From positions 124,001 to 188,000 of the IMG/VR virus record IMGVR_UViG_3300042308_001511: 64,000 nt of DNA; one strand, given 5' to 3'. Of the stretch, positions 58,176-64,000 are shown in pieces; position 1 is the first letter of the stretch, and every line of letters starts with the position of its first letter. The notes beneath the pieces are model-generated. The model searched no databases. It saw nothing but the letters and a program-made list of their open reading frames with translations, and had not been told where the DNA came from. The position numbers were made by a program, and so were the translations under genes.

Positions 58176-59504
58176 ATGAAACATTTGAGAAGATTTGACG
58201 AAGAGCTCAGCCCGGGTGTGTATAATAGAGCAGCCGAGGAAAAAGCAAAAATACACGGTGACGTGGAAGCTGCTAAGGCACTCAGGGACTGGGCCAAAAA
58301 ATCCGAGTCCGGTGGAAAGGGCTACGACATAGTGTATACTTGTGTAAGAGAGGGACGTCCTCTTTACACGGGGATTGAATACACCGCGAACATGGTGAAG
58401 CCGACGGTGGCCGGTGTATTCTTCGGATCGGTACTTGAATACCCGAAGAACAGAATTGGTGAGAACACAGCAGACTCTATACTGTCTGATTGGAAATCGA
58501 ACGGCAGGTCGCTCTCGGTCAGCATGGTCGTGAACTTCGAGAAGACCGAAGTCGTGGACAGGTCGTGGACCTACGAGGTTACAATCATCGGTAGCAAGAT
58601 TGGTGAGGCAAATGACCAGGTACAAACTTTCAAGATAGAAAAGGAACAGGAGCACTCGGCATTGATTGCACTCGGCCAGGCTATAAAGGCTGCCTACCCT
58701 AAAATCATCGGTAGTCCGCTTAGGAGCGACGCGGTGAGGTGGAAGATTGTGAAAGGACCGACGCTCGGCGTCGTAAAGGGTGGTGAGATGATGAATAAGA
58801 TAAGCGGTGTAGGTTGGCACAATAAGTTCAAAGACTATACGAGCACGCTCTCGACCTTCGTCATCGAGGTTAGGCTTTCCCGCTCGACCTATGGTATGAA
58901 CGACCAGTATGCATGCCATGCGTGTGGAGGTGCAGTCACAATGGATTGTTACGACTGTGATGGTGAGGGCTCGGTATGGAGTGATGATGCAGACGACAAT
59001 GTAACGTGTACGACCTGTAACGGAACAGGCACAATCACATGCGAGGAGTGCGACGGCGAGGATATGGTGGCAAAAGTATCTCCGTTCAAGTTTTTCGAAG
59101 ACACTTTCTATCCTGAGGTCACGATGAGACCTATACCCGGCAATCTGACCTACAACAGGGACGAGACTTATTCGCAGTACCCTTGGATTGGTATGTTCAT
59201 GGCCAGGGACGACGCGAGGAGGTTCCTGAGCGACAACTGGGAGAGGCTCATAAACGAGGATACTAGATCGAAGTTCGGTAAAAACGGAGGCGTAGGATCT
59301 TTCTACGAAGCAATAACAGACCTCGTGAAGGAGGCGGTCGACGTGAACGACAATAAGGCGATGGATTATATGCAGGAGGCGATTGTCGCGGTGGAGAACA
59401 TCAGTGTTGCAGCGATGGTACAGGACAAGGATGCCAAGTTGGCCGTGGAATCCGCCAATAGAAATTTCAGGAACATATCGACTTACAGACCGAAAAACAA
59501 ATAG
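58176..59504 (+). CDS. N-tagged protein with a DnaJ-type zinc finger
   Basis: MKHLRRFDEEL; CHACGG, CYDCDGEG, CTTCNGTG, CEECDG. Confidence 0.7.
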   Translation: MKHLRRFDEELSPGVYNRAAEEKAKIHGDVEAAKALRDWAKKSESGGKGYDIVYTCVREGRPLYTGIEYTANMVKPTVAGVFFGSVLEYPKNRIGENTADSILSDWKSNGRSLSVSMVVNFEKTEVVDRSWTYEVTIIGSKIGEANDQVQTFKIEKEQEHSALIALGQAIKAAYPKIIGSPLRSDAVRWKIVKGPTLGVVKGGEMMNKISGVGWHNKFKDYTSTLSTFVIEVRLSRSTYGMNDQYACHACGGAVTMDCYDCDGEGSVWSDDADDNVTCTTCNGTGTITCEECDGEDMVAKVSPFKFFEDTFYPEVTMRPIPGNLTYNRDETYSQYPWIGMFMARDDARRFLSDNWERLINEDTRSKFGKNGGVGSFYEAITDLVKEAVDVNDNKAMDYMQEAIVAVENISVAAMVQDKDAKLAVESANRNFRNISTYRPKNK

Positions 59505-59507
59505 ATT

Positions 59508-60428
59508 ATGAAATACCTAAGAAGATACAACGAAGAACTTGAACCAAGTACCTATAGAAAGGCTGCGGATAAACTAATAAAAAGGGGTAGATACCACAGA
59601 AAAAGAGGCCAGGATATGCAAGAATACGCGTCTCTTGTCGATTGGAGAAGACTAAGAGACAGATGCAAGCGTGCCGGAATACTAACGCTTAGACTCGAGA
59701 CAAGTGTGAAACCTCCAAGCGGTCAGGCAACCCCGGACTACGTTGGAGAGTTCCACCCTGTTGTCGAACTTGGACTCGATATGTTTTCGGATGAGTTGCA
59801 CGCAAGGGATTTAAATAGTGTAAACACTCCGCCGGAGAATCCAGTAAAGGGTGATAGTTATTTAGTTGGTAGAGAGCCAACTGGTGCTTGGTCTGAAAAG
59901 GCTGGTTATATGGCAGAATGGGACCGTAATCAATGGGTATTTACGTCACCACACTTTGTGATACCACTACATTGGTTCGTAAGTGCGGTTCCGACAACGG
60001 AGGAAGGCTATGAGCAAGCACACGCTGCTGCCAAGAAGAAGGTTGAGTGGCACAGAGCCAGGGGACCATACGATAAGAACTATGGGTTTCCCCTGGCCTT
60101 CTTTCACTTTGACATCATCTTCTCGGGTGGTAGCTACGAATTCGGTACGTCTCAGTTTTACTCCAGAGACGATTTGCAAGTGGATGCACACTTAGAAGAC
60201 AGGTCTGGATCAGGAAGGATCAGGTCAGAGATACTCTGGCAACTGGATGAGAAGTGTGGTGAATCATATAGTTGCCACGTTGGTGGTAAAAAACACGATT
60301 TTTCAAATCCAATCGAAGCGTTTAACGGTCTACTTCAATACTATGGTCTCTCTTCGGACTACGGACTTGAGTCAAAGGCAGTCTACGATTATGTGAAGAA
60401 GATACCAGGTAATTTTTTCACATGTTAA
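59508..60428 (+). CDS. N-tagged protein with a DUF2793-like insert
   Basis: MKYLRRYNEEL; TPPENPVKGDSYLVGREPTGAW..W..QWVFTSP. Confidence 0.65.
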   Translation: MKYLRRYNEELEPSTYRKAADKLIKRGRYHRKRGQDMQEYASLVDWRRLRDRCKRAGILTLRLETSVKPPSGQATPDYVGEFHPVVELGLDMFSDELHARDLNSVNTPPENPVKGDSYLVGREPTGAWSEKAGYMAEWDRNQWVFTSPHFVIPLHWFVSAVPTTEEGYEQAHAAAKKKVEWHRARGPYDKNYGFPLAFFHFDIIFSGGSYEFGTSQFYSRDDLQVDAHLEDRSGSGRIRSEILWQLDEKCGESYSCHVGGKKHDFSNPIEAFNGLLQYYGLSSDYGLESKAVYDYVKKIPGNFFTC

Positions 60429-60496
60429 AATGAGAGGCCAAATGGCCTCTTTTCTTTTGTTGAAATTTACTACATTAGCATAACGATATATAAAAC

Positions 60497-61672
60497 ATGA
60501 AAAAGAAGATAATGAGTTATGATGTTTTCTTGGAGAATAAATCCACGGAAATGCCATTACCACAAGACGTTCTCGATATAGCTGCGGCATATACTGCAGC
60601 TGGGAAGGAGATATACGTTGTTGGTGGTGCAGTTCGAGACTTCCGAAAGGGTGTTGAACCAAAAGACTATGATTTGGTAACTAATGCACTACCGGAGGAG
60701 TCCAAACAGATACTAAAAGGTTTCTGTGTTTCTGATGAACAGGGTAAGAATTTTGGAGTACTTAGAGTATACACTGAATCGGAACCAGAAGGTTACGAGA
60801 TTGCTTCTTTTAGAAGAGATATCGCCAAAGGAAGAGACACAAAGGGTGAAGACCAAAAGGTTGATATGGGTCCTGATGTTACCATTGAAGATGACGTTAT
60901 GAGACGTGACCTTACTATGAATGCATTATTCTATGATATTGCTAAGAAAGAGATAGTCGACTTAGTTGGTGGTATGGATGATATAAGTGGTAACCAGATT
61001 AGAGCTGTTGGTGATGCATCACAGAGGTTCGTTGAGGATAGATTGAGGATAATGAGAGTGATAAGATTCGCTGCTAGAACGAATGGTATTATTGAAGAAA
61101 AAACCGCGGATGCTATTAGAAAAGATAACAGATTAAGAGACGTAGGGCCAACTGATGATGTATCTCAGGAAAGAATCTGGGAAGAGATGATGAAGGCTTG
61201 GAAACAAGCCAAAGATTATACACAATACCTTTCTTACTTCAAAGAGTTTGATATGTGGAGTCAAGTTTTTCCAGGTGTTAAAGTTTCTGATCCGGTAAAT
61301 AGTGCTGACTTTTCGGTAGTTATTGCATCTCTTCTAAGAGATAATCCTTCTGATTATCTTGATAAAAAACTCGTTCAGGATTTCAGGATTGATACATCAT
61401 TAGCAAAAAAGATTGTTTTTCTTGTTTCACTTAGAGATTTTGATGCTGAGAAGGTACTTGACTACTGGAAGAAAAGACAGTCTTCTGGTATATCTGATCA
61501 GACAATATTAGAGTGGTTAACGAAAACTGCGGTTGAACGACAAGATGTTATTAAGTTTGTGGATTGGAAACCTTCTGTAAAGTCAGAGGAACTCATAAAT
61601 AAAGGCTTCGCTGGTAAAGCATTGGGTGAGGAGATTAGAAGGTTAGAGGTAGAGAATTTCAAAGGTAAATAG
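60497..61672 (+). CDS. Class II tRNA nucleotidyltransferase (CCA-adding / poly(A) polymerase family), N-tagged
   Basis: VGGAVRD, KDYD, RRDLTMNA, RFVEDRLR, VSQERIW. Confidence 0.88.
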   Translation: MKKKIMSYDVFLENKSTEMPLPQDVLDIAAAYTAAGKEIYVVGGAVRDFRKGVEPKDYDLVTNALPEESKQILKGFCVSDEQGKNFGVLRVYTESEPEGYEIASFRRDIAKGRDTKGEDQKVDMGPDVTIEDDVMRRDLTMNALFYDIAKKEIVDLVGGMDDISGNQIRAVGDASQRFVEDRLRIMRVIRFAARTNGIIEEKTADAIRKDNRLRDVGPTDDVSQERIWEEMMKAWKQAKDYTQYLSYFKEFDMWSQVFPGVKVSDPVNSADFSVVIASLLRDNPSDYLDKKLVQDFRIDTSLAKKIVFLVSLRDFDAEKVLDYWKKRQSSGISDQTILEWLTKTAVERQDVIKFVDWKPSVKSEELINKGFAGKALGEEIRRLEVENFKGK

Positions 61673-61685
61673 AATATATACGAAC

Positions 61686-62162
61686 ATGAGTATAAAGAAA
61701 TATGATGGATTCAGAGAATCAGTTGACTACACGTTGGCTCTGATAAATGCAGAAGCTGATATTGATAAATATCAAACACCACAATTGAATACCGTTGATG
61801 ATAAATACAACGAAGAATTTGTAAAATATCTATGGGAAATTGCAGAAATAAGACGTATCGACTCGATTGGTGGTACTGAGGCAGAGCCTGGTATGAGAAG
61901 GTATTGTATCGATGGTAAGGTAGACTTTGAGGACGTGGTACATATGGCACCAACTGCTATTGCTTGTGGAATAAAGGTCTGTAAGTATCCGATGGGTTCC
62001 TATATGGAATACCAGACGTGGCCTGGTGGATACATTGAAGGTTTTATAAGAATGGATAGTGATGATCCAAGATTTGGTGAGTATATTGTTTGGACTTATA
62101 TAAAGATGGATAAACTAAGAGACATAATTGAGAAATTTGAAAATAAAATAAAACTTTTTTAA
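61686..62162 (+). CDS. N-tagged hypothetical protein
   Basis: Starts MSIKKYDGFRE. Confidence 0.6.
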   Translation: MSIKKYDGFRESVDYTLALINAEADIDKYQTPQLNTVDDKYNEEFVKYLWEIAEIRRIDSIGGTEAEPGMRRYCIDGKVDFEDVVHMAPTAIACGIKVCKYPMGSYMEYQTWPGGYIEGFIRMDSDDPRFGEYIVWTYIKMDKLRDIIEKFENKIKLF

Positions 62163-62623
62163 TGAGAATTGAATATATCAAAGATATTAATGGTCAAAAT
62201 TATTTGGCTATAAAAGTCAAATTATCAAATATACAACCATTTTTGGATAGACTTGAATCTGAATTAGGTGAAGACTTTTTATTATACACTGGTAACCAAA
62301 TTGCAAGAGATGGTGGTAAATATCATATAACTGTTATAAACGTTATGGATTACGGAAGATTGGTAAAATCTTTGGGGATGGATAAATTTTTATCAGGACT
62401 TGAGCCTATTTTGGAATATGAAATAGATGATTTGGATATGTTAGGTGTTGGAAAAGCAGAGTCTAAAGGTAACACTTCATATTTTGTAGTTTGTGAATCT
62501 GATAAATTAGATGCGGTGAGGACAAGATTTGGATTACCTAAACAGGACTTTCATATTACTTTAGGATTTGATAAAAAAGATGTTTTTGGTGTTACTAAGG
62601 ACAAAAGTTCTTTGTTAGACTAA
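62162..62623 (+). CDS. 2H phosphoesterase (RNA-repair type)
   Basis: Two HxT motifs: YHITV and DFHITLGF. Confidence 0.8.
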   Translation: MRIEYIKDINGQNYLAIKVKLSNIQPFLDRLESELGEDFLLYTGNQIARDGGKYHITVINVMDYGRLVKSLGMDKFLSGLEPILEYEIDDLDMLGVGKAESKGNTSYFVVCESDKLDAVRTRFGLPKQDFHITLGFDKKDVFGVTKDKSSLLD

Positions 62624-62668
62624 AAATGGGTTTTACACTATGATATATAATCAAAAAAATAGACACGA

Positions 62669-62953
62669 ATGAGGCTTTACACTTACTATAGCATCGACGA
62701 GTGCAACAATACCAAAAGACTGAAGAAAGAGCTCAATATATATGACCATCAGGGAAAGATTGAGTATGATTTTGACCGTGTTAATTCGATATTGAAAATT
62801 GAGGATTTGGATCTTGAGGACAATGATGTAGAATATCTAATTGAATTATTCGAAGATCTTGAGGTGTATCCGAATATGGATATGGATGGTGATGATGGTG
62901 ACGACGATGATAATTACGGATACTATGATCGTGATGATGATGACGATTACTAA
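62669..62953 (+). CDS. Highly acidic small protein
   Basis: D/E-rich with a poly-Asp tail. Confidence 0.6.
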   Translation: MRLYTYYSIDECNNTKRLKKELNIYDHQGKIEYDFDRVNSILKIEDLDLEDNDVEYLIELFEDLEVYPNMDMDGDDGDDDDNYGYYDRDDDDDY

Positions 62954-62955
62954 AT

Positions 62956-62987
62956 AAAAAAAGAAGGCGATTGGCCTTCTTTTTTTA
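62956..62987. terminator. Bidirectional terminator
   Basis: aaaaaaagaaggc-gattg-gccttcttttttt. Confidence 0.75.
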
Positions 62988-62990
62988 TTA

Positions 62991-63218
62991 TTAGTGGTTT
63001 ATGATTTCGAAAAGTTGGTCTTTTAGTTTCAACCTTTTTTTTCTCAATAGTGTAAGTTCATCATCTGTGTAAACCTCGTTGGATTCCAACCGATGTATAT
63101 CTTTATCGACTTTATGATAATCGTCGAAAAGTTTTCTGAAGTGATTGTCGCTAATCTTTAAATCGTGTATGCGTTGGTCATGCTTCTCAAATTCGTGGTG
63201 TAAATCGTGCTTTTCCAT
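62991..63218 (-). CDS. YdcH/DUF465-family protein
   Basis: HEF..IHDLK..HFRKLFDDYH..RLKLKD. Confidence 0.75.
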   Translation of the reverse strand: MEKHDLHHEFEKHDQRIHDLKISDNHFRKLFDDYHKVDKDIHRLESNEVYTDDELTLLRKKRLKLKDQLFEIINH

Positions 63219-63296
63219 AATACTTCCTTATTTTTGTATATAAGTTATATACATTATGTGCAGTTTGGTTTTTTCTTAAAATAAATATATAAATCA

Positions 63297-63560
63297 GTGA
63301 AAAATTTGATTTTTGTCATATTGTTGTTTATTAGTCTTTCGACATTGTCACAGAAGACTAAAAAACCTATTGTTAGAGACAGTATAGTTGAGATTATTTA
63401 CACAGATGGAACTCATCGAAAGATGGTTTGGGTAAATGATAGCACCGTAATGTTAGTTATGAGTGATGTTAAAGGTCGTGGCTTCTCTAAGGCATACATA
63501 GATCCGGAATTTGCCACCAGAGAAAAAAGAATTTATTTTATAATAAAATTCGAGGACTAA
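63297..63560 (+). CDS. Small protein with a signal peptide
   Basis: MKNLIFVILLFISLSTLSQ. Confidence 0.55.
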   Translation: MKNLIFVILLFISLSTLSQKTKKPIVRDSIVEIIYTDGTHRKMVWVNDSTVMLVMSDVKGRGFSKAYIDPEFATREKRIYFIIKFED

Positions 63561-64000
63561 GACATCTTATTACTTTTCCTTAGGTTATCTTCCCAATAAA
63601 GAGGTTGGAAGTTAGTGTAATGGTTTAACTTGTAGACTTCCTCTTCGTTCTGTGCGGACGATATTGGTATGATGTGATCCATATGCCAATAAGTTCCCTG
63701 GTTTTCCCAACACATGTTTTCGTCGAATTGTGATTCGAGATGTAGTTTAAACTCCTCGAAGGTACATCCCAGTATTTCTATGGTCTTTTTTGATTTTTCG
63801 GTAAAGCATCTTTTTACCGAGTTTCTTATAAGTGAACGTATATTGAATTTCATTTTGAAGAAAGGATCGGTTTTGAGTTTTTCGGTTACGTATTCTTTCT
63901 TTTTTTCTTTTTGATTGTTAGTGTGGTAGTTTTCTCTTTTTTTTATTTTTAAGAGCTCTTTTTTATCAGTAGAAAGATTTCGATAATATTCTTTTTTCCT
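63557..64000 (-). CDS. HNH-type homing endonuclease (5' end outside the window)
   Basis: Frame is open to the window edge; LGCT..HLE.QF..WHMDHIIP..HYTNFQPL..NLRKSNK. Confidence 0.8.
   Translation of the reverse strand, partial: RKKEYYRNLSTDKKELLKIKKRENYHTNNQKEKKKEYVTEKLKTDPFFKMKFNIRSLIRNSVKRCFTEKSKKTIEILGCTFEEFKLHLESQFDENMCWENQGTYWHMDHIIPISSAQNEEEVYKLNHYTNFQPLYWEDNLRKSNKMS

Noticed and set aside
58140-58919. Long antisense ORFs (also 185..649, 14212..14613, 45304..45846, 45969..46583, 51943..52620)
   Set aside because: They shadow well-supported genes on the opposite strand and show no motifs of their own.
1-64000. Stop-codon reassignment as seen in some jumbo phages
   Set aside because: Conserved genes are full length in the standard code, and TAA, TAG and TGA all terminate them (nrdB TAA; dnaK and topo large subunit TAG; gp52 TGA).
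1-64000. Bacterial chromosome or eukaryotic giant virus origin (dnaK, pckA, nusG, eukaryote-like nrdB and topo II)
   Set aside because: These genes are interspersed with T4-like neck, gp52, RNase H, homing endonucleases, bacterial terminators and Bacteroidota-type promoters; no rRNA or ribosomal-protein operons are present.

Overview
A 64-kb piece of a large, AT-rich, T4-like (myovirus-type) jumbo phage read in the standard genetic code. Phage evidence: gp13-like neck protein, T4-type two-subunit topoisomerase II, RNase H-like exonuclease, gp62-like clamp-loader subunit, tail-fibre-like DUF1566/LamG proteins, homing endonucleases and dense small ORFs. The likely host is a Bacteroidota, because the TAnnTTTG promoter element recurs upstream of genes and Shine-Dalgarno sites are not evident. 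Host-like auxiliary genes include nrdB, dnaK, nusG, pckA, glf, uvsE, a CCA-type nucleotidyltransferase and a rhomboid protease. There are also RNA-repair domains, a putative type II R-M pair and two cytosine methylases. The most striking unexplained structure is in the protein termini. About 17 unrelated proteins start with an M-K/R-x-x-K-x-F/Y-E-like tag resembling the T4 capsid-targeting sequence, mostly behind a (TA)ATATATA late-promoter-like motif. About 16 other unrelated proteins end with R-[DEN]-x-x-[IL]-x-x-[ILV]-[LG]. Three mini-proteins appear to be isolated fragments of major capsid, portal and tail sheath, each fused to an R-x-x-[KR]-x-x-x-L-W variant of that C-terminal tag, and are candidate structural-protein decoys. 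All family assignments come from motif recognition by eye; no searches were run.
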